DNA from: Smithellaceae bacterium
GTDB taxonomy: Bacteria; Desulfobacterota; Syntrophia; Syntrophales; Smithellaceae
DNA: 64,000 nucleotides
Assembly: GCA_035416785.1 (NCBI GenBank)
Contig: DAOLNX010000002.1
Location: 867 to 64,866 of the forward strand
Reading direction: 5' to 3'
Below the pieces are notes generated by a model. The model had not been told where the DNA came from and made no database searches. It worked only from the letters and a program-made list of their open reading frames with translations. Positions 1 through 9,565 of the stretch are shown here, piece by piece (position 1 is the first letter of the stretch; each line of letters opens with the position of its first letter). The translations under genes were made by a program, and so were the position numbers.

Positions 1-649
1 TATATGCCCGTAAAAGCCTCTCATACACGGCATTTGCTCTAACAATATCCCTGTTTTCAGCATACTCGCTGACTGCTTCAGGCATTCCGCCAACCAAGGC
101 ATAGGACAGGAACATCTTCATCAATCGTTCGTGCGCGTATTCAGGAATATTATTATCCGACAATATCTGGAGCAATTGTTCTTCTCCGCAGGCGGCAAGA
201 AATTCTTTAAATGTTGCTGGTTTCAGAAAAAGATATTCGACTCGCCCGACGGGAAAATGTAAATCAAGGTCTATTGCCGACTCCAATAATGAGCCTGCGG
301 CAACAACATGCCACTGAGGCGCGCGTTCTTGAAAATAACGCATCCATCCGACGGCTTTTGGTGAATTTTGTATTTCATCAATGAAAATTAAGACCTGCTT
401 ATTTGACCGGGCAATGTTCTTGAATAAAAACAACGCCGCTGCCAAATCGTCAAAATTCTGAGCGCGCTCAAACAAATTGCGTTCTTCCGGTATTTCAAGG
501 TTAAAATATAGAAACGCTTGAAAATTTTGCGCAAAATGCTGCACGGCTGTCGTTTTGCCAACCTGTCGCGCCCCGCGCAAAACAAGCGCCTTGCGGTTTT
601 CACGTTTCGCCCATTCCTTAAGTGAGGTTTCTATCGCTCTTTTAAACAT
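1..649 (-). CDS. AAA+ ATPase, AAA_14/DUF4143-type (N-terminal part only; the C-terminus runs off the left window edge)
   Basis: My own minus-strand translation from the ATG (complement of 647-649) gives MFKRAIETSLKEWAKRENRKALVLRGARQVGKTTAVQHF...QVLIFIDEIQNSPKAV...AAGSLLE. It has a Walker A (GARQVGKTT) and a Walker B (LIFIDE). The frame stays open to position 1, so it is absent from the ORF track. Confidence 0.75.
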   Translation of the reverse strand, partial: MFKRAIETSLKEWAKRENRKALVLRGARQVGKTTAVQHFAQNFQAFLYFNLEIPEERNLFERAQNFDDLAAALFLFKNIARSNKQVLIFIDEIQNSPKAVGWMRYFQERAPQWHVVAAGSLLESAIDLDLHFPVGRVEYLFLKPATFKEFLAACGEEQLLQILSDNNIPEYAHERLMKMFLSYALVGGMPEAVSEYAENRDIVRANAVYERLLRAY

Positions 650-672
650 TTAATTGTCTCTGGCAATTAAAA

Positions 673-761
673 ATATCACAAAGTCAACCATAAAAGATGA
701 TGTAATAGTATCAAAGTCAACCATAATAATCCGCTAATATCACACATTGTCAGCCTTATAA
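673..761. repeat. Three imperfect direct repeats (TATCA[C]AAAGTCAACCATAA-like) in the spacer between the two ATPase genes
   Basis: Read directly: 673-694 atatcacaaagtcaaccataaa; 708-728 gtatcaaagtcaaccataat; 737-761 atatcacacattgtcagccttataa (more diverged). Spacing is about 30-35 bp. Confidence 0.6.
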
Positions 762-768
762 TTTTCAT

Positions 769-1902
769 TTATTTCACAAACTCCAGATAATTTTCCTGGT
801 CAATGATTTCCAGGGATGCATCGGGATAGGCTTCTGTCCATCCGGCGCCGGTTTTACGGGATTTACTCCTCCATTTGAATTCATAGCCGAATAATCGTCC
901 ATCTCTTTCTTCCACCCAGTCTATTTCTTTTTGACGCCAGGTACGCCAGAAGTAGTTGTTGGAGTAAAGCCGGGTGTAGGATTGCTTTTTTAAACGTTCG
1001 ATCACCAGAAAGTTTTCCCATAGTTTCCCAATGTCATCGCGCAGTTCCAGAGGATTAAAATTGGCGATGACGGCGTTGCGCAGGCCGTTGTCATAAAAAT
1101 AATATTTGCTTTTGGCCGTTATTTCATTGCGCAGATTGCGGCTGAAGCCGCGCAGGTTGAAGATGACAAAGGACTTTTCAAATAAATCCAGATAGCGAGC
1201 GATGGTTTTGTTATCAATTCCCAATTGTTTTCCCAATTCGGAAAGCGATACTTCGTTGCCGGTTTGGAAAGCCAAAAGACGCAGGAGGTCTAAAAGAAGT
1301 TTGGAGCTTTTCACTTTTTCCAATTCCAGAATATCTTTCAGGAGATATGAGCCGGTTAGTTCTTCCAGAACGCGTTTTTTTTCATCAATATTCTCCGCTG
1401 TCAGGACTTCGGGATAACAGCCGAAAATCAAATATTCCTCCAGGCGTCTTTTTAAATCGTAGTCGTTATAAAGGTTGCCCATTTCGATTTGCGACAGAGG
1501 AAAAAGGGTCAGGGTAATTTTCCGACCGGTCAGCGGCTCGCCGATTTGTCCGGCCAAAGCAAAAGAAGATGAGCCGGTGACAATGATTTTCAGATTCGGC
1601 ATCTGGTCAACAAGAATTTTAAGACCCATGCCGATGTTTTTAATTCTCTGTGCTTCATCAATGACGATTAGGTCATAGCCCTTGGCGTAATCAAGAATTT
1701 TTTTGAAGTCGGAAGAGGCCAGAATAATTTGTGTATTCACATTGTCGCCGGAATCGAGTCTGTATTTGAGACCATCCTTATTATCGGAAAGAAATTTTTT
1801 TAAAAGGGTGGTCTTGCCGGTTTGTCGTGATCCGTAAATGACCAGAACTTTGTTTGGCTTCAAGAACGTATTCAAATTGTCGTATCTTCTTGGCAAAAAC
1901 AT
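769..1902 (-). CDS. AAA+ ATPase, AAA_14 + DUF4143-type
   Basis: 377-aa ORF with Walker A GSRQTGKTT and Walker B LIVIDEAQ. The C-terminal half (…YYFYDNGLRN…) is typical of DUF4143 ATPases. It is a diverged paralog of the gene at 1-649. Confidence 0.8.
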   Translation of the reverse strand: MFLPRRYDNLNTFLKPNKVLVIYGSRQTGKTTLLKKFLSDNKDGLKYRLDSGDNVNTQIILASSDFKKILDYAKGYDLIVIDEAQRIKNIGMGLKILVDQMPNLKIIVTGSSSFALAGQIGEPLTGRKITLTLFPLSQIEMGNLYNDYDLKRRLEEYLIFGCYPEVLTAENIDEKKRVLEELTGSYLLKDILELEKVKSSKLLLDLLRLLAFQTGNEVSLSELGKQLGIDNKTIARYLDLFEKSFVIFNLRGFSRNLRNEITAKSKYYFYDNGLRNAVIANFNPLELRDDIGKLWENFLVIERLKKQSYTRLYSNNYFWRTWRQKEIDWVEERDGRLFGYEFKWRSKSRKTGAGWTEAYPDASLEIIDQENYLEFVK

Positions 1903-1918
1903 GGGTTTTCTATATCAA

Positions 1919-1956
1919 AATCCTTGTTATTGGTCAATAATGAGGATTAATAATCC
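1919..1956. promoter_or_regulatory. AT-rich nested palindromes immediately upstream of the 769-1902 ATPase gene (candidate operator/promoter)
   Basis: AATCCTTGTTATTGG/TCAATAATGAGGATT (1919-1948) has 14-nt arms with 2 mismatches and a perfect TTATTG-GT-CAATAA core. It overlaps GGATTA-A-TAATCC (1944-1956). Confidence 0.3.
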
Positions 1957-2188
1957 ATATAATTATGTAATTATGGGGAGTGATTTGTCTGGGATGTTCA
2001 TTGCTGGAGCAATCTTCATTCGTTCAGTTCCATTGAGGTAGATGTTCTTCCACCCGGAACTATTTCGCTCTCGACTGAATTCAGCTCCGCCCTTTGAGTT
2101 ACATTTGTGAACCGTAACTCCTGAAGTTGGATAACATATCTGTCTGTGAGCCGCATTTTATTCCAGCGCATGAAATATTTAATAATAC

Positions 2189-2213
2189 GGGATTCCTGTC
2201 TGCGCGGGAATGA
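2189..2213 (-). repeat. REP-like hairpin; possible terminator of the wHTH gene
   Basis: The minus strand reads GGTCATTCCCGCGCAGACAGGAATCCC. The stem is ATTCC(C/U)G / CGGGAAT, followed by an A/T-rich run. It lies 46 nt downstream of the stop at 2259. Confidence 0.35.
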
Positions 2214-2258
2214 CCAAATTGAAGAATCGTCTTATAATACAAAGTTATAGGAGCATCT

Positions 2259-2843
2259 TTAAACTTTTTCCTGCTTTTCCCAAACCAGAAAATAGGGTCT
2301 GTTTTCCAGTTTGGGCTTAAAATCTGTGAATTCTTCCCGGGTTAAAACCAGAGGGCGGATTTTTCTGTTGATGTATCGTTCAGTTTTTCTGCTCAAATCA
2401 TTCAGATGGTAATGGTCAATATTGCCCACCAGCGCTAAATCAATGATTCCGGTGTCTTTGCCTTCGGCGTAATCGTCTATGATATAGGCTTTTTCCAGGT
2501 CGCCCAGTCTGGCGAGGATGCTTTCGACAACCTGATCCAGCCCGATGACTTTGCTGACCATGGATTTCAGCTCTGGAAAGAGGGGATGTCGTTGGTTGGC
2601 CGTGTACAAAACGTTGCGTCCTTCTTTTTCGGAGGTTAGCAGTTTTGTCTGGGTCAGTTGGTTCAATTCTTCGCGGACGGCGTTGGTGGATACTTGAAAT
2701 TCTTTGGCAAGTTCCCGCAAATATGCTTTTGTTCCGGGATTGAAAAAAAAGCGCACCAGCAGGTTGATGCGGGTTTTGGAGGATATCAGTCCTGAAAAAA
2801 GGTCAGTCATTTCCATTCCAATATGAGTAGTTATCTTACTCAT
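2259..2843 (-). CDS. Winged-helix (ArsR-like) transcriptional regulator with a C-terminal nucleotidyltransferase-like domain
   Basis: 194 aa. The N-terminal part is AYLRELAKEFQVSTNAVREELNQLTQTKLL (HTH-like). The C-terminal part is AYIIDDYAEGKDTGIIDLALVG, a degenerate MNT-like NTase strand-loop. Confidence 0.55.
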   Translation of the reverse strand: MSKITTHIGMEMTDLFSGLISSKTRINLLVRFFFNPGTKAYLRELAKEFQVSTNAVREELNQLTQTKLLTSEKEGRNVLYTANQRHPLFPELKSMVSKVIGLDQVVESILARLGDLEKAYIIDDYAEGKDTGIIDLALVGNIDHYHLNDLSRKTERYINRKIRPLVLTREEFTDFKPKLENRPYFLVWEKQEKV

Positions 2844-2936
2844 AACATAGTCGTAGCCGTTGTCAAGATTTATTTACGGCGTAACCATTTGGTCTGTACG
2901 TTCATTTTATCCTTTATCTACTGCAAGCTTTCGGAA

Positions 2937-4076
2937 TTACGATGATTTATAAAGTCGTTCATTGTCCTGAATGTCCATCCACATGGCAAATAGCAGAGAT
3001 TGAAAGCTGCTGGTGAATAAAAAGAAGAAGGCCAGCATGGTGGTGGGAGAAACAGATTCGCCGGAAAGCGTATGTCCCAGAACTTTAAGGGCGTAAGGCA
3101 GAGCCATGATTCCCAGCGCAAAGGAAAAGTGATACAGCAGAAACAGAGGGTGAAAATCGCGGAAGAGGTATTTTAACCAGAGTCTTTTGAAAAAGCTTGT
3201 AAAGAGAAGCCAGGCGATTCGTGGAATGACCTTGTGCACTTTCATTTTTGAGATTTCACCGATGTCATAAACCGGTTTTATTTTGACTTCTTTAACTGTG
3301 CAAAAGGCGATGTTCAGTTTGACAAGCATATCGTTGGGCATGCCATACTTGGAATAAATTTCATGAATTTTGATGGCTTTCAATGCTTCCAGAGAAATGG
3401 CCGTATAGCCGCTTTGTGTATCGGATACATGCCAGTATCCTGAGGCGATTTTGGTCAGGATCGACAGCATGGAATTGCCAAAAAAGCGGATTTTGGGGAT
3501 CACCAGTCTGGCGCTGCCGTGTATCAGCCGGTTTCCCTTTACATAGTCCACTTCCTCGGACAAAACAGGAGTGCAGATTTTTTCCAGTTCTGATGGGTCC
3601 ATCTGGCCGTCGCCGGCCATGACGGCTGTACAGTCAATGTCATGATCCAGGCACCATTTATATCCCCGGGCAATGGCCGAGCCTACGCCGCCGTTTTTGT
3701 GGTGGTTGATCAGAATGACCCGGTCGGTTTCCGGATGGGCATTGACGATTTCGGAAGGAATGTAATGGCGCATGTCGTCTTGCTGTTTTTCTTTGAGCAT
3801 TTTTTCAGCCCGGTCATATTGGCTGTCACTACATGTACCGCAACTGGGGCGGATGATTTTGCCGATGGCGCGGTCTTCGTTGATATAATTCAAAACAACG
3901 CCCGCGGTGTTGTCGGTTGAACAGTCGTTGACCACAATGATGCGATCCACAAAGTGGGGCATGGTGCGTAACACATGGTCAATCTGCTTTTCCTCGTTGT
4001 AAGCAGGCACGACAACGGCAATGGTTTTATTCATTAACATGAAAGGCAGCTCCTGAAGTTCAGTATGATCCTGCAT
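2937..4076 (-). CDS. Family 2 glycosyltransferase with C-terminal transmembrane segments
   Basis: 379 aa with VVVPAYNEE…VVNDCSTDNT…AGDGQMDP (GT-A DxD region) and a hydrophobic C-terminal tail. The start may be the internal MLMNKT/MNKT. Confidence 0.8.
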   Translation of the reverse strand: MQDHTELQELPFMLMNKTIAVVVPAYNEEKQIDHVLRTMPHFVDRIIVVNDCSTDNTAGVVLNYINEDRAIGKIIRPSCGTCSDSQYDRAEKMLKEKQQDDMRHYIPSEIVNAHPETDRVILINHHKNGGVGSAIARGYKWCLDHDIDCTAVMAGDGQMDPSELEKICTPVLSEEVDYVKGNRLIHGSARLVIPKIRFFGNSMLSILTKIASGYWHVSDTQSGYTAISLEALKAIKIHEIYSKYGMPNDMLVKLNIAFCTVKEVKIKPVYDIGEISKMKVHKVIPRIAWLLFTSFFKRLWLKYLFRDFHPLFLLYHFSFALGIMALPYALKVLGHTLSGESVSPTTMLAFFFLFTSSFQSLLFAMWMDIQDNERLYKSS

Positions 4077-4314
4077 TTACTATGTTTGTTCTTTTTTGTC
4101 CAAACAATATCGCTTCCGGAATCCGTTGGAGGAATGAAAAAAAAATATTGAAAAAAAAATTAAAAAGTGTTGAGAAGTCAACATTAAACCTGATAGACGA
4201 ATACCATCATCATGGTTATGTGCTAAATCACCGGGTTGTAATGCTTGTGTAAGAAAAGCAATTCAATCCAAACGACGATGCGTGAGGAGGCTCTGACGCT
4301 GAACACATGCGTTA

Positions 4315-5250
4315 ATGAGTAAAGATATGGAGTCGCATTTTCTTATGAATTCTTTGACCGGAGATGAAAAGATGCGGGCTGGCATGTTTGATGTCCGGAA
4401 TTGTCGGGAAATTTATCAGGAGATCAAAGTTATCGTCAACTTGATGCAACTGGATTTTGATTTTCAATATTTCGATGCCGCGGTTGAGGATGTTGAACGT
4501 TTGTTTCGGGGCCAGTATGAAGGTTACCGTTCATGCAACACGCGCTATCATGATTTCGGTCACACATTGATGGTGATGCTGGCGATGACGCGTCTGGTTC
4601 ACGGCGCTTATGTGAGTGGCATTCATTTCACGGACAAGGAAGTCAATCTCGGGCTGATTTGCTCGCTGATGCATGATACAGGTTACATTCAGGAGACAGA
4701 GGATCGCGAGGGAACCGGCGCTAAATACACGCTGACGCATATTGCCCGAAGCATAGAATTCATTAAAAATTATTATGGAAACAGTCCATACTTTGCATGC
4801 GACGGAAAGAACTTCCACGATATCTTAAGTTGTACCGGACTTTGTACGGAGATCGAGAATGTGAAGTTTGAATCCGAGAGGATTGCTCTGCTGGGCAAAA
4901 TGGTGGGAACATCAGATTTGCTTGGACAGATGGCGGATCGCCTTTATCTGGAAAAACTCGTCCTGCTATACGGTGAATTTGAAGAAGGCAAAGTGCCCGG
5001 TTTTGATAGTGAAGTGGATCTTTACCGAAAAACGGTCGGTTTTTACAAATGGTCCAAGGAGCGTCTGGAAAATGAATTTGGAAATGTCAGCCGTTTTATG
5101 GTGCCGCATTTTAAAAATCGCTGGAATATCGAAATCAATCTTTATGAAGAAGCGATTGAAAACAACATCAATTATCTGAAGTGGATTCTACAAGAAAACG
5201 GTAATAATCTTTATTCCGCCCTGCGTCGCAAGGTTTTTTCTTTTAAGTAA
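4315..5250 (+). CDS. HD-superfamily metal-dependent phosphohydrolase
   Basis: 311 aa with YHDFGHTLMV … LMHDTGY (H…HD…D pattern). No GYP motif is present. Confidence 0.65.
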   Translation: MSKDMESHFLMNSLTGDEKMRAGMFDVRNCREIYQEIKVIVNLMQLDFDFQYFDAAVEDVERLFRGQYEGYRSCNTRYHDFGHTLMVMLAMTRLVHGAYVSGIHFTDKEVNLGLICSLMHDTGYIQETEDREGTGAKYTLTHIARSIEFIKNYYGNSPYFACDGKNFHDILSCTGLCTEIENVKFESERIALLGKMVGTSDLLGQMADRLYLEKLVLLYGEFEEGKVPGFDSEVDLYRKTVGFYKWSKERLENEFGNVSRFMVPHFKNRWNIEINLYEEAIENNINYLKWILQENGNNLYSALRRKVFSFK

Positions 5251-5344
5251 GAACTCGTTAATATTTCTTGATATTTTGAAAAATGTTGCATATGACCCGA
5301 TCATTCCACATGGCAGAAGGGTTTGTGGCCAAAAGGAGGCTCGC

Positions 5345-6850
5345 GTGAATATTACGGTGAAAAATGGAGATCCTGCAAATGTGAAAACGCCTGCCCTGGT
5401 TCTGGCACTATTCGAAGACCAAGCTGAACTAACGGGGGTGGCAGCAAGAATTGACCGGCAAACAGGCGGTTTGCTTGATGCTTTTATGAAAAGTGGTGAT
5501 TTTGAAGCCAAACCGTCTCAATTGGCCGTTCTTTATACCGGTGGGGTGATTCCGGCGGAAAGACTGGCGCTGGTAGGACTGGGGAAAAATGGCGAACTGA
5601 ATTTAGAGAAAATCCGCAGCGCATTTTCAAAGGTGATGCAGCATTTACGAGGCCTGAACATCAAGGAAGCGGCGGTGGCCACGGATGGAGCAATCCTGCC
5701 GGACCGGAAAGAGAAGTATGTTTCGGCAATGGCGGAGGGAGCCTTGCTTGGCCAGTATCAATATGTGAAGTATAAGACAGTTGATCGCAGCCAGATACGC
5801 GATATGAAACAGATGGAAATGATTTGCCGGCCGGAGGATGTTGTGTTGTTTCGCGATGAAGTTCGCAAGGCAAAAATCATTGCGAATGCGGTTTGTTTTG
5901 CCCGTGACCTGGTTTCGGCGCCGGCCAATGAGATGACGCCGACGATTTTGGCTGACCATGCAAAGAACGTTGCGAAAAGAAAGAATGTATCCTGTCGCGT
6001 GCTGGATAAGGCAAAGATGAAGTCTCTGGGAATGAATGCCTTGCTGGGTGTTGCGGCCGGCAGCGACGAGCCTCCCAAATTTATCATTCTGGAATATCAT
6101 GGCGGTAAGAGAAATGACCGGCCGGTTGCTCTGGTGGGTAAGGGCCTGACGTTTGACAGCGGGGGGATTTCTCTCAAACCTGCGGAAAAAATGGATGAGA
6201 TGAAAACGGACATGGCCGGCGGCGCTGCCGTGCTTTCCACAATTTTGGCGGCTGCTGAACTTTGCCTTCCGCTGAATCTGGTGGGGCTGGTTCCCGCTAC
6301 GGAAAATCTGTCCGGCGGCAGCGCCTTGAAACCGGGCGATATTTTAAAATCCTTTTCCGGCAAGACCATTGAAGTGCTGAACACGGATGCCGAAGGGCGT
6401 CTCATTCTGGCGGATGCCCTGACCTATGCGTCAAGGTATCAGCCGGCGGTGATCATTGATATTGCGACACTGACCGGCGCTTGTGTTGTGGCGCTGGGCG
6501 AAGATGTGATCGGTATGCTGGGGACGAACGAGCCACTCAAAGACGGTATCCGGAGTGCCGCACAAATGACCGGTGAACTAGTCTGGGAGCTTCCTTTGTG
6601 GGAGGCTTATTCCGAGCGGATTAAAAGTGATGTCGCAGATTATAAAAACAGCGCCGGTCGCATGGGAGGGGCGATTACGGCGGCTGCTTTCTTGAGTAAG
6701 TTTGTCGGCGATTATCCCTGGGTACATCTGGATATTGCCGGTCCTTCCTGGACCTCAAAAGACAAGGGCTATATCCCCAAGGGGGCTACCGGGATTCCCG
6801 TGCGCCTGCTGATGGAATATTTACAATCGCTTGTTCAACCGTCGTCATGA
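5345..6850 (+). CDS. pepA: Leucyl aminopeptidase (M17)
   Basis: NTDAEGRLILADAL signature, VGKGLTFDSGG and DMAGGA. I chose the GTG at 5345 because AAGGAGG lies 5 nt upstream. The ORF track opens at 5276. Confidence 0.9.
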   Translation: MNITVKNGDPANVKTPALVLALFEDQAELTGVAARIDRQTGGLLDAFMKSGDFEAKPSQLAVLYTGGVIPAERLALVGLGKNGELNLEKIRSAFSKVMQHLRGLNIKEAAVATDGAILPDRKEKYVSAMAEGALLGQYQYVKYKTVDRSQIRDMKQMEMICRPEDVVLFRDEVRKAKIIANAVCFARDLVSAPANEMTPTILADHAKNVAKRKNVSCRVLDKAKMKSLGMNALLGVAAGSDEPPKFIILEYHGGKRNDRPVALVGKGLTFDSGGISLKPAEKMDEMKTDMAGGAAVLSTILAAAELCLPLNLVGLVPATENLSGGSALKPGDILKSFSGKTIEVLNTDAEGRLILADALTYASRYQPAVIIDIATLTGACVVALGEDVIGMLGTNEPLKDGIRSAAQMTGELVWELPLWEAYSERIKSDVADYKNSAGRMGGAITAAAFLSKFVGDYPWVHLDIAGPSWTSKDKGYIPKGATGIPVRLLMEYLQSLVQPSS

Positions 6851-7830
6851 TACGTCCGCTACTCGAAATTCAAAACCTGCAGACGGTTTTTTCCACTGTA
6901 CGGGGGGAAATGAAGGCAGTGGACGGTGTTTCTCTGTCTCTGGCCGCCGGAGAAACACTTGGTGTTGTCGGGGAGTCGGGGTGCGGCAAAACCATGCTGG
7001 CTCTCTCTGTTTTACGGCTGCTTCCTCCAAACGGACGCATTGCGCAAGGAAGCATCTTGTTTGCAGGGCAGGATTTGCTGTCTTTGTCTGAGGAGGAGAT
7101 GAGGGAGAAGCGCGGACGGGATATCGCCATGATTTTTCAGGAGCCGATGACGTCATTGAATCCGGTTTTACGCATTGGCGAGCAAATTTCGGAGGCGATC
7201 TGCCTGCACCAGCACGTTCCGGCCCCGGAAGCGCTGGCTCGAAGCGTGAAGCTTTTAGGAGAAGTCGGTATTTCCGAACCGGAAAGGCGAGTAAGGGATT
7301 ATCCCCATCAGCTCAGCGGCGGGATGCGTCAGCGAGTGATGATTGCGATGGCGATGTCCTGCAATCCGCAATTGCTCTTGGCGGATGAACCGACCACGGC
7401 GCTGGATGTGACCATCCAGGCCCAGATTCTAAACCTGATCTCCGATTTAAAAGAAAAAAATCATATGGCGGTGATTCTGATTACGCATGATCTGGGCGTC
7501 ATTGCGGAAGCGGCGCAAATGGCGGCTGTGATGTATGCAGGCCGGGTGGTGGAGTTTGCCGAAGTTGAAACCCTGTTTGAAAGGCCGATGCACCCCTATA
7601 CGCAAGGACTGATCGCTTCGCGGCCTTCATCGGCTCTTGACTTGGAAGGTGACCGGGAAGGTTATTTGAAAACGATTCCCGGAACGGTTCCAAGTCTTTA
7701 TGATCTTCCTTCCGGATGCCGCTTTGCCGGGCGCTGCCAATTTGTCCAAAACAGATGTCGCAACGCTGAGCCTGAACTTCTGGAAAGAGAAGACCGTCAT
7801 TTTTCCGCATGTTTTCTGGGCGGCAGTTAG
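6847..7830 (+). CDS. Oligopeptide/dipeptide ABC transporter ATP-binding protein (OppD/DppD-like)
   Basis: Walker A GESGCGKT, signature LSGGMRQR, Walker B LLLADEPT and the C-terminal oligo_HPY region (HPYTQGL). An ATGA overlap links it to the pepA stop. Confidence 0.9.
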   Translation: MIRPLLEIQNLQTVFSTVRGEMKAVDGVSLSLAAGETLGVVGESGCGKTMLALSVLRLLPPNGRIAQGSILFAGQDLLSLSEEEMREKRGRDIAMIFQEPMTSLNPVLRIGEQISEAICLHQHVPAPEALARSVKLLGEVGISEPERRVRDYPHQLSGGMRQRVMIAMAMSCNPQLLLADEPTTALDVTIQAQILNLISDLKEKNHMAVILITHDLGVIAEAAQMAAVMYAGRVVEFAEVETLFERPMHPYTQGLIASRPSSALDLEGDREGYLKTIPGTVPSLYDLPSGCRFAGRCQFVQNRCRNAEPELLEREDRHFSACFLGGS

Positions 7831-7862
7831 AGGGGATAGAGATTTTTGTGGCATCGGTATTG

Positions 7863-8816
7863 ATGGATATTCAAGAACTGCAAAAAAAATATGTCCTGGG
7901 CGGAGGTTTTCTCAAGGGTCATTCGCGTATTGTCCGGGCGGTTGATGAACTGAACCTGCAAATTCATCAGGGGGAAACGCTGGGGCTAGTTGGCGAATCC
8001 GGATGCGGAAAATCAACACTGGCCAAGATTTTAATGATGCTGGAAGAGCCGGATGCGGGAAATGTTTTCTTTCAGGGAAAAAGTATTTTTTCTATGTCCA
8101 GGGAGGATGTTCAGAATTACCGGCGTTTCGTTCAAATGGTTTTTCAAGACCCATATTCTTCGCTGAATCCCCGAAAAACGGCGCTCAGCATCGTGTCAGA
8201 ACCTCTCCATATTCACAGGCCGGGGAATAAGAGCGAAAACCGGGAGGCGGCCATGCAACTGATGGCCAGAGTCGGCTTGAACCGGGAACAGGCCAAACGC
8301 TATCCGCATGAATTCAGTGGTGGCCAGAGGCAGCGCATCGGTATTGCGCGGGCGCTTGCCTTGCAGCCTCTGCTGATGATCGCCGATGAGCCCGTTTCGG
8401 CGCTGGATGCTTCAATTCAGGCACAAATTCTCAATTTAATTCAGGATTTGAAGCAAGATTTTGATTTGACCTATTTATTTATCTCGCACGATCTGAATGT
8501 GATCCGCCACGTTTCCAATCGTGTGGCCGTCATGTATTTGGGAAGAATTGTGGAACTGGCAAACAAAAATGATTTGTATAAAACGCCGCTTCATCCCTAT
8601 ACCCGTATGCTGCTTGCGGCCATGCCATCTTGTGAAATACGCGGAAAAAAACGCGGCAGGACCGTGCTTGGTGAAGCCGGAGATGCGGGAGATGCGGGGT
8701 GCAGCTTCAAGAACCGCTGCATCTATAAAACAGCTGTCTGTGAAGAAGTGATGCCGTCGCTGAAACCGTTTGAAGGCGGTGGATGGTGTGCCTGTCATCA
8801 CACAGGAAAGATATGA
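7863..8816 (+). CDS. Oligopeptide/dipeptide ABC transporter ATP-binding protein (OppF/DppF-like)
   Basis: [28 protein letters not shown] and HPYT. I chose the start MDIQELQKKY (ATG 7863); the track ORF opens at 7809 and overlaps oppD. Confidence 0.9.
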   Translation: MDIQELQKKYVLGGGFLKGHSRIVRAVDELNLQIHQGETLGLVGESGCGKSTLAKILMMLEEPDAGNVFFQGKSIFSMSREDVQNYRRFVQMVFQDPYSSLNPRKTALSIVSEPLHIHRPGNKSENREAAMQLMARVGLNREQAKRYPHEFSGGQRQRIGIARALALQPLLMIADEPVSALDASIQAQILNLIQDLKQDFDLTYLFISHDLNVIRHVSNRVAVMYLGRIVELANKNDLYKTPLHPYTRMLLAAMPSCEIRGKKRGRTVLGEAGDAGDAGCSFKNRCIYKTAVCEEVMPSLKPFEGGGWCACHHTGKI

Positions 8817-9436
8817 AGATGAAGGAAGAAAAAGTGTTCTGGAAAAACGGTTTTTTGACCGGCGAAGGATTACTGCAAAAAAATTCCGGAGATGCGGGCG
8901 TGGTGATTTGCCATCCTCATCCGCTGATGGGCGGTTCCATGTTCAACAATGTTGTGGAAACCGTGCGTGATGTTTTCCATGGCGCAGGTTATTCCACACT
9001 ACGCTTTCATTTTCGCGGTGTGGGAGAAAGTTCCGGCAGTTATGACGAGGGAAGAGGTGAAATGCAGGATGTTATGTCTGCATGCGAGTTTCTGAAAAGC
9101 CGGGGCTCCACAAAAGTGGTTCTGGCCGGCTATTCTTTTGGTGCTTGGGTTTGCAGCCGGTTGCTGCAAAAGCATCCTTCGATTGCCGATTCAGCCGTTT
9201 TCATTTCTCCTCCGCATCAATACTTTCCTTTTGACTGGCATGGCCTAGAAAATCTAGTAGATTTCATTATTTGCGGAGATAGTGATCTTTTTGCCGATGT
9301 ACGAGATCTGCAAATGGTGGCACAGCGGATATCTGCGAAATGGACAGTGCTTCCCGCAACAGATCATTTTTATTCTGGCCGCGAAGATCTGCTGGCCGAA
9401 CATTTAAATCACTATTTACACGAAAAAAAAGCTTGA
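8813..9436 (+). CDS. Alpha/beta-fold hydrolase (COG2945-like)
   Basis: VVICHPHPLMGG… and GYSFGA (GxSxG nucleophile elbow). The ATG at 8813 overlaps the preceding stop (ATGA). Confidence 0.7.
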   Translation: MKMKEEKVFWKNGFLTGEGLLQKNSGDAGVVICHPHPLMGGSMFNNVVETVRDVFHGAGYSTLRFHFRGVGESSGSYDEGRGEMQDVMSACEFLKSRGSTKVVLAGYSFGAWVCSRLLQKHPSIADSAVFISPPHQYFPFDWHGLENLVDFIICGDSDLFADVRDLQMVAQRISAKWTVLPATDHFYSGREDLLAEHLNHYLHEKKA

Positions 9437-9565
9437 TTTTAATGAAAATAATGTTAATGTCTCTCTCGGGCAACCGAAAAAAGTTCATCAGGGATGCCGC
9501 AAAAAAGATAGTTTTTGTTGGGAATTTCGTAGTGTTAAAAGTGTTTTACCAGAGTAAGAGATGAG

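Noticed and set aside
388-603. 71-aa minus-strand ORF in the track.
   Set aside because: It is in a different frame inside the edge-truncated AAA ATPase gene, whose frame has clear Walker motifs.
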